Virus record (IMG/VR): IMGVR_UViG_3300030103_004582
Coordinates: 1 to 64,000 of that record
DNA from: an uncultured virus (IMG/VR IMGVR_UViG_3300030103_004582)
Lineage: Duplodnaviria > Heunggongvirae > Uroviricota > Caudoviricetes
Length of the DNA: 64,000 nt
Strand: one strand, 5' to 3'
Below are positions 37,725-54,800 of the stretch, in pieces (within the stretch, counting starts at the first letter, position 1; the number at the start of each line of letters is the position of its first letter). Below the pieces are notes generated by a model. It had not been told where the DNA came from and ran no database searches. It worked only from the letters and a program-made list of their open reading frames with translations. Position numbers and translations under genes: made by a program.

Positions 37725-38088
37725 CTTCTAAGACATTAATAAATAATTTGTCTCTAATTGGTGCAATTAATGTTCCCGTACCGTCTAAAAATTCTATAAT
37801 AAATTCACCGTTAAATTTACCAACTTTTTTAGTATCCCTATTTCTCCAATTATATACAATATAATATTCGTTTTCATCTCCACCTATATCACAAGATTCA
37901 CATTTTAATTCAATATCTGCCGGTGAATTGGCGATTCTTTTAACTTTATTATCTACATCATACATATTAAATTTAATAGTTGCATTTTGTATTTTTTCAA
38001 AAAACTTTTTGAAATCATTTCTACCATCATTTATTAATTCCATTTTTAGTGGTGGTAAAGTACTATTTTGATTTATAAAAAATTCCAT
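37720..38088 (-). CDS. BppU-N-like small structural protein
   Basis: FFINQNSTLPPLKMEL..ATIKFNM..YNWRNRDT..GKFNGEFIIEF..P. Confidence 0.6.
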   Translation of the reverse strand: MEFFINQNSTLPPLKMELINDGRNDFKKFFEKIQNATIKFNMYDVDNKVKRIANSPADIELKCESCDIGGDENEYYIVYNWRNRDTKKVGKFNGEFIIEFLDGTGTLIAPIRDKLFINVLEV

Positions 38089-38089
38089 A

Positions 38090-41000
38090 TTAAGTAACGA
38101 TAAATTGTGACGTTATTGTTATATCATCTATTGCAATTGGTGGTTGAGATCCAACAGTACCATCATTTCTCCACCTTAACATAAATCTAGCTTGTTCACC
38201 AGGAGTCCATAAAGTAGTAGGTACTGATATTGTCTCCAATTGCCAGTTACCCTCAGTTGCACCTGCCACATAACTAGTATTTAAACGATTACCGGTTCCA
38301 CCACCCATTTCGTAGTCTTCAAAATCACCTTCTTCGCCATCGTCACGTGGTGTAAATGTTGTAGGTGCCAATCCAACCATTCCATAATCAAACGAAGACT
38401 CACCTACACATGTCCAATAAAAGCTAACTGTTAATGCAATACAACTAGATGGGACATCAAAATCTACATACATATAAGAATTTATTTCATCTCCAGTTTC
38501 ATCATACTGATACGGTGGTACACCACCAGCCCAAGTTTCATCACTTATATAAGCTGAATTACTACCAGTTCTAGAAGTGTCACTACTAACTGTCCATATA
38601 TTTTGTGGAGATCCTGCAGTAGATGATGGTTGTCTGAATACCCAACCATTCGCTACACCTAAATCACTCCAATCTTCCTCTAATAGAATTTGTGTATCCA
38701 CCACTAAAGGTTGTGCTTGTTTACCTAAACTCCATTTAGAAACTTCTAAATCAAAAGATATTAAATTAATAGTTGTGGCTTGTATATGTTCTAATCTAAA
38801 AAGAATTATATCGCCTTCATAATAATTCGATATATCAAATGTACCAACAGTGGACTGTAAAACTATATTTTCACCAAAATCAGTATCAATTTCCACAATT
38901 TCCGCTGGATAAGTATTAAATGGTGTAACATTTTGCGGTGATCTAGGTATAGGCGTTTTACCACCATCTGAATCTGCAATAAGAACATTACCCACCTCTA
39001 CAGGTAAGAATGATAATCTCATTTCTGATGGTGTATCCTCATCACCGGTACCCGATAAAATATAAGTTATTTTTACTTTAACTCTTTGAGAAGTACTAAT
39101 TCCTTGTGGTATTTTCATAAGGAAAGTACCAAAGTCACCATTAGTAGCAAATTGTGCTTCTAAAAACTGTTGTGTCCAAGTTTCTGCGCCTGTTCCATCA
39201 CCAACTGTAACACTAAAATTTGCTAAGTCTGCTGCTGGATCACTCCATGTGCCCATAAATAAATTTATTTCTTCTTTATGTAGTGATCTACCATTAAATG
39301 ATAATACACCTTCTTTACTTATTGTACTACTGTCATAAATTATTTTAACTTGTTCGATAGTAGGTTTAGTTGTTCCCGTAGATATCATTCTACATCTCAT
39401 CCAATAACCATTAACACCATTTATAGTCTTAGCTGACCAAGGATCATTATTTGGTTCTAAATTTGCTGAATCTTTACTAAGTTCAAAACTAATATTTTCA
39501 TTACTCTGACTTCTTAAAAATAAATCATTACCATAACTATAACCTAAATCTTCTGAGTGTATATGCCATAAATCCCTTTTCCATTCTGTACCATTCCAAT
39601 ATTCAAATACGTAATCACCACCAACTTTTTTCTGTAATACATTTATATCTAACCCATAAAATTTTAGTGGTGTTGTTAAATCACTACTAACTCTTCGTGT
39701 AGTAAATAAAATGGTAGTTCCAGTCCCCCCACTCTGAAAAGTTATAGTACTACCCTCTTTGGATTCTGCATCATCTGTAACATCAATAAAATTACCTCCA
39801 TCACTAACACTACTTGCAGTATTATCTGTGGTAAATATCTTCATACCTACAGTAGAAGGTGCACCTCTACCTACATTCATTTCCGTTCCTCTTTCAGCAA
39901 ACCCTAAACTCATTTGATCTAAACCAAATAAATTTTTACTTGAATTGAATACATCTGTAGATTCTTGTGTAAAATCCAAACCAAACTCTGCAGTATATGC
40001 TACTGCCGGTGGATAAATATAATTTGGTTGGTGATTAGATGTTATTCTATATGATGCATCTATACCTGTACCAGTTAAATCTACTTTTACTGAATAAGTT
40101 ACATTTTCTAATGAACCCCCTAATAAATTAATTTCTTCATAATCTCCTGATGCACTTAATGCGTTAGTTGAATTTGCTATATTAGGTGTAAATATTTTTG
40201 CCACTGGTATTACTCCTGAACTACCACCTTCAGTTCTAATTGCGTTAGTTACATTAGTGTTTCCACAATTAAACCCTACCATTTGTGCTCTACCCGCATT
40301 AGTACCACCCGAAGTGGTTACCAATAACACATTATCAATATCACCAGTAGATTGTGGTACGTGAACTCCTTCTAATGCTAAAGTACCTGAATCTACTTTT
40401 AAACAATTAGACATCCCCCCACCTTCTACTCTAATTGAGATACCTATTAATTTACCACCACCTGTTTTAAATAAACCAGTACCACTACTACCTGCACCAC
40501 CATTACCATAGAATGTAATATTGTTTGCAGTAGATGTCCCACTACTATTGGATGCAATTATACCATTTAAACTTCCTTGTGGTACATTAATACTAAACCC
40601 ATCTATAAATGAATCTTGATTTAATTCTACAATGTCTCTAGATGCGGTTGCCGGTGCTTTACCAATTATTGTCACTTCCCAACCACCTTCACTAACTAAA
40701 GAAACTCCTTGTGGTACAACTAATTCTTCTTCATCATATTCACCTGGTCTTACTATTACAGTATCACCATTTGTTGAATCATTTAATGCTTGTTCTATAG
40801 TTAAATAAGGTTTATCTTGTCTATTAGTAAGTGCAGTCGCATCATCACCAAATATAGAATCTACCCATAATACATTACCTGTATTTATATCACCACCTCC
40901 AGTTCCTCCTGATAATGCACTTAAGTTTACACTTACTTTACCATCATCAGTTCTATCTAATACTAAAGTAGCACCACTTAGTGTACCGCCAGTAACAAAT

Positions 41001-43618
41001 GTATTATTATCTATAGTATTTGCCGTATATGTATCAAACAATGTTGTATCTACTTTACCACTAACTATACTATCAAAATTAGTCGTAAAGGCGGATCCAT
41101 TATTTTCATTAATCGTATATTCAGTCCCTATTAAAGTTGTGCCGGTAATGAAAGTATTATTATCTACAGTATTTGCCGTATATGTGTCAAATAATGTAGT
41201 ATCTAACTTATTATTAATTTCAGTTTGAGTTGTGGAACTATACGTATCGAATAGTGAAGTATCTACTTTACCACTAACTATACTTTCAAAATTAGTCGTA
41301 AACGCAGACCCATTATTTTCATTTATAGTGTATTCAGTTCCTATTAAAGTAGTTCCAGTAATAAAAGTATTATTATCTACCGTATTTGCAGTATATGTAT
41401 CGAATGTGGTAGTATCTAATTTATTGTTAATTTCTGTTTGAGTTGTGGAACTATATGTATCAAACAATGTTGTATCTACTTTACCACTAACTATACTTTC
41501 AAAATTGGTAGTAAATGCAGATCCATTATTCTCATTTATAGTGTATTGAGTACCAACTAAGGTTGTGCCGGTAATGAAAGTATTATTATCTACCGTATTT
41601 GCCGTATATGTATCGAATGTGCTAGTATCTAATTTATTGTTAATTTCTGTTTGTGTATTACCACTATATGTGTCAAACAATGTTGTATCTACTTTACCAC
41701 TAACTATACTTTCAAAATTAGTCGTAAAGGCAGATCCATTATTCTCATTGATGGTATATTGAGTTCCTATTAAAGTTGTACCAGTAATAAAAGTATTATT
41801 ATCCGAAGTATTTGCCGTATATGTATCGAATGTGGTAGTATCTAATTTATTGTTAATTTCTGTTTGAGTTGTAGAACTGTATGTATTGAATAAAGTAGTA
41901 TCTAATTTACCACTTATTAGGGTAGATAAATCTATACTATTTACATCTATACCGTTACTTTTTTCTAATATTAAATCAGTTCCCGATAATGTACCTCCAG
42001 TTACAAACGTATCAGTTAATCCTGTAACAAATCCACAAATAGGAAACGTTGATCCACTATTAGTTCTAAATGTCACACATCCAGTATTATTATCATATGT
42101 ACCACCAGTTACATTAACATCGTTATCGGTAAATAAGGCTGCGGCGTTTGTGACATTAAATGTACCACCAGTTGTATTTGTAAATGTTAATTGTTGTGTT
42201 CCAGCATTGGCACTACCACTATTAACAAACGTATTGTTATCTACGGTATTTGCCGTATAAGTATCGAATAGTGAAGTATCTACTTTACCACTAACTATAC
42301 TTTCAAAATTGGTAGTAAATGCAGATCCATTATTTTCATTTATAGTGTATTCAGTTCCTATTAAAGTAGTTCCAGTAATAAAAGTATTATTATCCGAAGT
42401 ATTGGCGGTATAAGTATCAAAAGTAGTAATATTTAACTTGTTGTTAATTTCAGTTTGAGTTAGTCCAGAATAAGTATTAAAAACAGTTGTATCTAACTTA
42501 GTACCTATTAACATATCAGTAATAGCACTATAACTATTAAAGGTAGTAGTATCTAATTTATTATTAATTTCAGTTTGAGTATCCCCAGTATAAGTATCGA
42601 ATAGTGAAGTATCTACTTTACCACTAACTATACTTTCAAAATTGGTAGTAAACGCAGATCCATTATTTTGATTTATAGTATACTCCGTACCAACTAACGT
42701 TGTACCAGTAATAAAAGTATTATTATCTACAGTATTTGCCGTATATGTGTCGAATATACTAGTATCTAATTTATTGTTAATTTCAGTTTGAGTTAGTCCA
42801 GAATAAGTATTAAAAACAGTTGTATCTAACTTATTGTTAATTTCTGTTTGAGTATTAGCACTATACGTATCAAATAGCGAAGTGTCTACTTTACCACTAA
42901 CTATACTTTCAAAATTGGTAGTAAATGCAGATCCATTATTTTCGTTAATAGTATACTCCGTACCAACTAACGTTGTACCAGTAATAAAAGTATTGTTATC
43001 TACGGTGTTTGCCGTATATGTGTCAAAAGTAGTAATATTTAACTTATTATTAATCTCTGTTTGTGTATTACCACTATAAGTGTTGAAAACAGTTGTATCT
43101 AATTTATTATTAATTTCTGTTTGAGTATTAGCACTATACGTATCGAATAGTGAAGTATCTACTTTACCACTAACAATAGGATTAAAATCAGTAGGGTAGG
43201 AAGCCCCATTATTCTCATTTATAGTGTATTGAGTACCTATTAAAGTTGTACCAGTAATAAAAGTATTTGTATCTGCAGTAAAAGAACTTAAGTCTACACT
43301 TATTTCATCATCATCTGTTCTACTTAATATTAAAGTCGCACCACTCAAAGTCGCACCACTAACAAATGTGTCACTTATTCCACTTAAACTAACACTAAAA
43401 GGTGGAAACCCATCCGTACCAATAAAATCTATGTTTTTTGTTATATCATTATATGTACCGCCAGTAACAAAAGTATTTGTACTACCAGTTAAAAAACTAA
43501 TCACTTGAGTTAACTCAATTTTAGAAGTTACATCATTTTCATTTACAGTTACCAATAAATCTTCAGGTTTTAAATTTAAATTTAAGGGTAATTGACTTAT
43601 TTTTTTAGGAAATCCCAT
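38090..43618 (-). CDS. Fibre/spike protein: KISQLP N-terminus, repeat shaft, pectin-lyase-like beta-helix, C-terminal adhesin-like domain
   Basis: 1842 aa; WVDSIFGDD..PYLTIEQAL..GDTVIVRPGEY; C-terminal WRNDGTVGSQPPIAIDDITI. Confidence 0.7.
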   Translation of the reverse strand: MGFPKKISQLPLNLNLKPEDLLVTVNENDVTSKIELTQVISFLTGSTNTFVTGGTYNDITKNIDFIGTDGFPPFSVSLSGISDTFVSGATLSGATLILSRTDDDEISVDLSSFTADTNTFITGTTLIGTQYTINENNGASYPTDFNPIVSGKVDTSLFDTYSANTQTEINNKLDTTVFNTYSGNTQTEINNKLNITTFDTYTANTVDNNTFITGTTLVGTEYTINENNGSAFTTNFESIVSGKVDTSLFDTYSANTQTEINNKLDTTVFNTYSGLTQTEINNKLDTSIFDTYTANTVDNNTFITGTTLVGTEYTINQNNGSAFTTNFESIVSGKVDTSLFDTYTGDTQTEINNKLDTTTFNSYSAITDMLIGTKLDTTVFNTYSGLTQTEINNKLNITTFDTYTANTSDNNTFITGTTLIGTEYTINENNGSAFTTNFESIVSGKVDTSLFDTYTANTVDNNTFVNSGSANAGTQQLTFTNTTGGTFNVTNAAALFTDNDVNVTGGTYDNNTGCVTFRTNSGSTFPICGFVTGLTDTFVTGGTLSGTDLILEKSNGIDVNSIDLSTLISGKLDTTLFNTYSSTTQTEINNKLDTTTFDTYTANTSDNNTFITGTTLIGTQYTINENNGSAFTTNFESIVSGKVDTTLFDTYSGNTQTEINNKLDTSTFDTYTANTVDNNTFITGTTLVGTQYTINENNGSAFTTNFESIVSGKVDTTLFDTYSSTTQTEINNKLDTTTFDTYTANTVDNNTFITGTTLIGTEYTINENNGSAFTTNFESIVSGKVDTSLFDTYSSTTQTEINNKLDTTLFDTYTANTVDNNTFITGTTLIGTEYTINENNGSAFTTNFDSIVSGKVDTTLFDTYTANTIDNNTFVTGGTLSGATLVLDRTDDGKVSVNLSALSGGTGGGDINTGNVLWVDSIFGDDATALTNRQDKPYLTIEQALNDSTNGDTVIVRPGEYDEEELVVPQGVSLVSEGGWEVTIIGKAPATASRDIVELNQDSFIDGFSINVPQGSLNGIIASNSSGTSTANNITFYGNGGAGSSGTGLFKTGGGKLIGISIRVEGGGMSNCLKVDSGTLALEGVHVPQSTGDIDNVLLVTTSGGTNAGRAQMVGFNCGNTNVTNAIRTEGGSSGVIPVAKIFTPNIANSTNALSASGDYEEINLLGGSLENVTYSVKVDLTGTGIDASYRITSNHQPNYIYPPAVAYTAEFGLDFTQESTDVFNSSKNLFGLDQMSLGFAERGTEMNVGRGAPSTVGMKIFTTDNTASSVSDGGNFIDVTDDAESKEGSTITFQSGGTGTTILFTTRRVSSDLTTPLKFYGLDINVLQKKVGGDYVFEYWNGTEWKRDLWHIHSEDLGYSYGNDLFLRSQSNENISFELSKDSANLEPNNDPWSAKTINGVNGYWMRCRMISTGTTKPTIEQVKIIYDSSTISKEGVLSFNGRSLHKEEINLFMGTWSDPAADLANFSVTVGDGTGAETWTQQFLEAQFATNGDFGTFLMKIPQGISTSQRVKVKITYILSGTGDEDTPSEMRLSFLPVEVGNVLIADSDGGKTPIPRSPQNVTPFNTYPAEIVEIDTDFGENIVLQSTVGTFDISNYYEGDIILFRLEHIQATTINLISFDLEVSKWSLGKQAQPLVVDTQILLEEDWSDLGVANGWVFRQPSSTAGSPQNIWTVSSDTSRTGSNSAYISDETWAGGVPPYQYDETGDEINSYMYVDFDVPSSCIALTVSFYWTCVGESSFDYGMVGLAPTTFTPRDDGEEGDFEDYEMGGGTGNRLNTSYVAGATEGNWQLETISVPTTLWTPGEQARFMLRWRNDGTVGSQPPIAIDDITITSQFIVT
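41010..43270. repeat. Composite in-frame tandem repeat array
   Basis: Eight copies of NTFITGTTL.GT.YTIN.NNG...IVSGKVDT interspersed with 0-3 copies of an 18-aa TQTEINNKLDT..F.TY-type unit. Confidence 0.9.
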
Positions 43619-43636
43619 CTTAATTTTCTTTTTTTA

Positions 43637-43645
43637 TATAAATAT
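43637..43645 (-). promoter_or_regulatory. Putative late promoter motif ATATTTATA
   Basis: 18 nt upstream of ATG 43618. Confidence 0.55.
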
Positions 43646-43668
43646 GTTAATATTCTTTATTATTCATT

Positions 43669-45663
43669 TTACACTATTAAGAAATCTTCACCGTCTTCAC
43701 TAGAAATAATATTACTATTCTCAGTTAAGAGATATTCTATCAATTCTTGTGGACAAATTCCATAATTTAAACAGTATTTTTTAAATCTATATCTAATTGT
43801 TGTTATATCTAAACAACATTCATATAATCTAAATTTAGATATATCACCAAAGAAACTACCAGCAAAATTTTGTTGTATAATTAAATTTTCATCTAACGGG
43901 TCAGGTCCACCAATAGTATTAGTTTCTAATAACCCTTGCGTACCACCACCTAAAGAGTAATTAAATGGTACACCTTCTTGTTTTTCTCTATATTCATATA
44001 AATCTTTAAATAAAAATTCGTCAAAATCCTCAATAGAATATTTAAGGTAACCATTAACAAAAAAGTCTAACCTCCCTTTTCGTCTAGGTATATTATCCAT
44101 TTCGTCAAATAAGTATTCTTCATATGCACAAAATCTTATAGCTAGTTGAAACCATTCATCATTAGGTATTATACCGGCTTCTGAATATTCTTCATTAACT
44201 GTTACTCCGGTAATATATTTTTCTTGTACTGTTGTACCAGTTATTTTACATGTTGGTGTGTCACAATCTATACACCAATCACCACAACCACCAACACCTT
44301 CTTCTGCATATATTGTTCCACATAATTGACAATTACTACAATTACATGAAGAACTACAATTATCACAAGAAGTTGTAACTGTTGTAGAAGTTACTGCAGA
44401 ACAAACTCCACTAACACCTAAAGATCTATACCCTATAGAACCATCTTCTTTTATTCTAAACCCTAATGCATTATCTACTATATCTGCATTTTTATCTCTT
44501 TCGTCAATAGTAACTTTAGTTACCCCAGTAAAATAACAATCACCTTGTGGTTGGTAAACTAAAAAGGGGTTATTTAATAATTCTTCTTTAGTAATTTTAG
44601 GTGGTGGTAAAGGATAACCTGATGTGGTAGTATATCCTGTTTCCCCACTGAACACATCCCAAAATTTATTTTCTGATCTAGTACCCATATAATAAAATAA
44701 TCCTTCATTATTAGGGTATAAAGCGTTTATTGTTGTACCCGTATCTCCCGTACAGGCTTTACTATTTCTTCTCATCCAAAATTCTGCAGTCCAACCACTT
44801 TCATATCTAGTTGGTAAAATTTGGTAATTCCATGGAGTTGGTTTTTTCTCTAAATAGCATTTATATGCTTTTCTAGGGTCAGGACAACCTTTACATTCAC
44901 CACCATTTTTACACCAAGAACCACACCCACCAACGTATTCTTCTTCATAAACTGTTCCACATAATTGACAATTATTATTTCCACAATTACAATTAGTAGA
45001 ACCAGGAATAAAAATAGGATTAACATTATTATTATTACAATCACAAGAAGTAGTTCCAGTACATCCACTTCCACAAGGGGGTGGACAATTAAACCACTCC
45101 ATCGGCCAAACAAACATATTGTTTGAAATATCTTTAAAGAATGTTCTATCTGATAATTTAAAAAATCCTTGATAAAAACCACCACATAATTCTACATACC
45201 TACCTACAGTATTTGCAGAAGTAATAAATTGATAGGGATAAGTATAGGTACACCCACTAACTCTAGTAAAACAAAATTTTGTATCTGCAGATGTTATTGT
45301 AAGGGACGAACCAGTATATGTGTCGATAAATGTTAATCCTGTGGTTGATCCTGTACAATCATAAGAAATAAAACCATTATCAATACCAGTTAACCCAATA
45401 TCATTTAATGTAAGTGCTGAAGTAGGTAAAGATAATTCCTCAAAACATGTATTACCAGTCCAACCCACTAAACTACACAATGAATCACCACTAACACATT
45501 TATTATTATCAATGTCTATATCAATAATGACACATTCATCTAAAATTTCTTGATGATCTATACTACATCCACAGTCGTTACAAATAAATAAATCCCAATA
45601 ATCGGAATTACTTAATTGTAAGTTCATACAATTATTGAAATTATTTTGGTTAATATTACTCAT
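43669..45663 (-). CDS. Cys-rich LamG/concanavalin-like structural protein
   Basis: 664 aa; GWTAEFW..WFQLAIRF..FFVNGYL..FFGDISKFRLY; about 44 Cys by hand count. Confidence 0.65.
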   Translation of the reverse strand: MSNINQNNFNNCMNLQLSNSDYWDLFICNDCGCSIDHQEILDECVIIDIDIDNNKCVSGDSLCSLVGWTGNTCFEELSLPTSALTLNDIGLTGIDNGFISYDCTGSTTGLTFIDTYTGSSLTITSADTKFCFTRVSGCTYTYPYQFITSANTVGRYVELCGGFYQGFFKLSDRTFFKDISNNMFVWPMEWFNCPPPCGSGCTGTTSCDCNNNNVNPIFIPGSTNCNCGNNNCQLCGTVYEEEYVGGCGSWCKNGGECKGCPDPRKAYKCYLEKKPTPWNYQILPTRYESGWTAEFWMRRNSKACTGDTGTTINALYPNNEGLFYYMGTRSENKFWDVFSGETGYTTTSGYPLPPPKITKEELLNNPFLVYQPQGDCYFTGVTKVTIDERDKNADIVDNALGFRIKEDGSIGYRSLGVSGVCSAVTSTTVTTSCDNCSSSCNCSNCQLCGTIYAEEGVGGCGDWCIDCDTPTCKITGTTVQEKYITGVTVNEEYSEAGIIPNDEWFQLAIRFCAYEEYLFDEMDNIPRRKGRLDFFVNGYLKYSIEDFDEFLFKDLYEYREKQEGVPFNYSLGGGTQGLLETNTIGGPDPLDENLIIQQNFAGSFFGDISKFRLYECCLDITTIRYRFKKYCLNYGICPQELIEYLLTENSNIISSEDGEDFLIV

Positions 45664-45677
45664 TAATATAGTTTATT

Positions 45678-45686
45678 AATAAATAT
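45678..45686 (-). promoter_or_regulatory. Putative late promoter motif ATATTTATT
   Basis: 14 nt upstream of ATG 45663. Confidence 0.55.
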
Positions 45687-45711
45687 TAAGAAATAACAAT
45701 TAAGTTTTAAT

Positions 45712-46063
45712 TTATGCCACAAATGAAATAAGATAAGTTCCTGGTTCAGCAAATGTCATATCTATTTGATCTAATTGATGTGGTCCGGTTACTTGATTAG
45801 CCGGAATCATGCCTGTAGAATTAACCATACCTACTGCTTCGGGTAAAATAACTTTCCCTCTATTAATATGGTAAACTGTAAAAACAGGATAAAATCTATT
45901 TAATGTATGTGTAACAGTTACTGTTTCATTAAATTGTGTTGTAGTAACCAGTGTTGTATCTCTATGTGATGCGTCCGGATCATGTTGTAATGAATTTAAA
46001 CTAACACTTAAATCACTTAATCCATTATTACGAGTGAGTCTTAAGACATTCATATTTCCTGCA

Positions 46064-46090
<27 letters not shown>
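45712..46090 (-). CDS. Out-of-frame C-terminal part of the collagen-like fibre gene
   Basis: Restoring 2 nt at TCATATATCTC joins SDSY to ISQVDLL..LRLTRNNGLSDLSVSL; its tail resembles the C-terminus of the 2046-aa fibre. Confidence 0.6.
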
Positions 46091-51852
<5,762 letters not shown>

Positions 51853-51853
<1 letters not shown>

Positions 51854-54800
51854 TATCCAATAATTATAATTTTATATTCCCCACCTTCTTCTACATAAAT
51901 ATCTACACTATTATTTTGATAGTTAGATATATGATCAGGTATTATTATTTGTCCTGTTGAAATCTCAACAACTTGTACTATAACATTTTCATCTTTTAAA
52001 CTATGTGTAATTGTGTTTTGTCCTGTAGTTAATGTCTTAGTTTCCACATATTTTTTACCACCACCAGTTATATTATTTATATTAGTATTTAATTGTTTAA
52101 TACCTTCTACCATAAATGGTATTAAATCAACATAATTCATAGAATCTACAGTTGCTTTATTACCAGATCCATCTATATCATACTGAGTTTTACATGTTCT
52201 AACAAAAGTTTTTGCTATATTATTAACCCTTCTTTGTTCTGCAGATATAACATTTCCATCAAATAAATTATCTCTAAAATCATCTACTTTAAACCCATAA
52301 TGTTTTTTTCCGGTACTACTAATTCTTGTTCTAGGGTGAAATTCGAATTGATAACCCTCTAATGCGTCTAAGAACAATATAGGATCCACAACGTTTGGTA
52401 TATCCAGAATATTAAATTTACACCTACTATCAGAAGGTAAGTCAATTATTTTACCATCTAAATCTGTACCTAAGTTAGCACCACTAACATCAGGAATATC
52501 CTCAACAATTAAAGATTTACTATTACCTGATTTTACTATTATATTACCATCTTCTGCTTCTAAATCACCTTTTATAACTCTAGTTGTACCAGTACTAACT
52601 TCTACTATTTCTCTACCATCTGTTTCTAATACTAATTTAGAACCAGTAGCACTGTCTGCACCAACTTTTAATTTCTTTTGGCTTTCATTATATTTTATAA
52701 AACTTTCTTCACCAAATAAAATTCCTGGTTCGTCTGGAGTTGTAATATCTATAGTAACTAATGGTAAACCACCTTGTGTACCTATATAGATATTACCCTG
52801 ATTATACGTATTAATATTTAAAGGTGAGCATGATTCTATATTGGATACCCATAATTCACTTATACAATTTCCTGAATTAGAACCGGTTGCTGCTGACACT
52901 ACCACTCCGTTAGCATCAACACCTAAATTCATTGTAGGTGTTCCATTAGAAACATCTCTAATATTTAATCTAGGTACATATACTGTATCATTATCTGTTG
53001 TTCCTGTGATTCCAGCACCACCCAATACAACACTTCTCTGACTTTTTACTTTATTACCATTACCACCTATAACTACACTATCATTAATAGTATCATTTAT
53101 ACTATGATTTTTCCCACCTATTATGATACTATTTCTTATCCTACCATCACTAATAGAGTTATTATTACCACCTAAAACAATGTTATTATCCATATATCCT
53201 AAGTTAGAAGATATAATATTATCTTCACCACCTATTATTGCATTTTGTGATTCACTAAATCCTACTGAGCTCCCTGTTAATACATTATTTTTACCTACAA
53301 AGATACCTGAAGAATCATGATCAGTAATTCTATTAGTCTCGCCCCCAGCAATCATTGAGTATCTTGATGATCCTGTTAATATGTGACTACCTTTAATGTC
53401 ATATAGAGAATTTCCTTCCCCACCTTCTTCCCAAAATCCACTAGTCGAACCACTACTGAAACCGGATATGGTAATATTGTTTCCATTATTATTTATTAAT
53501 GTTAATACGTCACCATTAAGTGTTCCACCTGTAATATCTGAGACATTACTATCTACAACAAAACCATTTGCGTCATACCCTAAAGTACCTACTGGTTCAT
53601 TATCAAGTACGTCTCTAATATTTAATTGAGGAACATAAACGGTATTTGAAGTGTCTGCAGTAATATTACTACCACCCAGAATAACTGATCTAGATGCACC
53701 ATCCATATAATTATCACTACCACCTACTATAACTGATCTTGCAGCAGCCAAAAAGTGATCATTACCACCAATAATGGCTGATTTTGTAGCCTTATTTAAT
53801 GTAGAATCTTCAGAAGTATAAATTCCTGCTTCATCACTATCATCTATAAGGTTATTTCTTCCACCAATTATTGAAGAGGTTTCACCATCTACTATTTCGT
53901 TGTTTATACCACCCCCAATTAATGTGTCACTTGATCCACCTTGAATAAAATTATTTAACCCACCAACAATCACACTATACTGAAGACTTCCATTATTTGC
54001 AATAATACTTGAATTAGTTGATGAAATAATTGCATCTGCCGATGCACCACTTATTATATTAGCCCCACCATTTATTATTGTAGAAGCTCTACCATCCGTA
54101 ATATCATTATTAGTGAAATAACCACCTACTAATATTGCCCCAGTCGATGTCCCACTAATTGTTCCAGAATTTTGGTTAATACTTTTTAATCCACCACTTT
54201 CTACCGCCCAAAATCCTGTTCCTGTTCCACCAGATGAGGGCTGCCAACTTGCTACCCCATCTGCGTCACATGTTAAGACATAACCATTTTGCTCTGTTCC
54301 GTCTTCAATTCTTACTGTACCATCAACATGAAATGTTTCTGTGGGCGTATCTGTATTGATTCCTACATAACCTCTTGTTGAATCTGTGGTGTCTCTACCT
54401 TGTATATGTATATCTGGTATTCCGCCATCTGCATCTTGTCCTGCATACATCCTAATATAATCTGGTAATGCATTTGCGGGATTTGAAGGTGCAGAAATAA
54501 TATTTAAACCATTTTGATCGATAGAAGAATAAAGATAACCATCACCTTGTGCACCATATCCCGGAAAACTAGCCTCTGCACTACCTCTAATCCCGAATGT
54601 AATACCACCATTTCCTGGTGTGGCAACTGACATTCTAGCAAGTTGATCTGTTGTAATCGCACTTAATTTAACATTCGCACCGCTACTTAAGTTAAGGTCT
54701 GACTCAAATATTGCCCCAGTTTCTTCCATTTTGAAGTCGCCCATAACATGTAGAGTTTTATCTACATCATTATTTGTAATATCCCCAATACCAACCCTTT

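Noticed and set aside
41010..43270. Repeat array as CRISPR or a DGR template/variable pair
   Set aside because: Repeats are in-frame coding units without unique spacers; variation is mostly synonymous rather than adenine-specific; no reverse transcriptase or cas gene in the window
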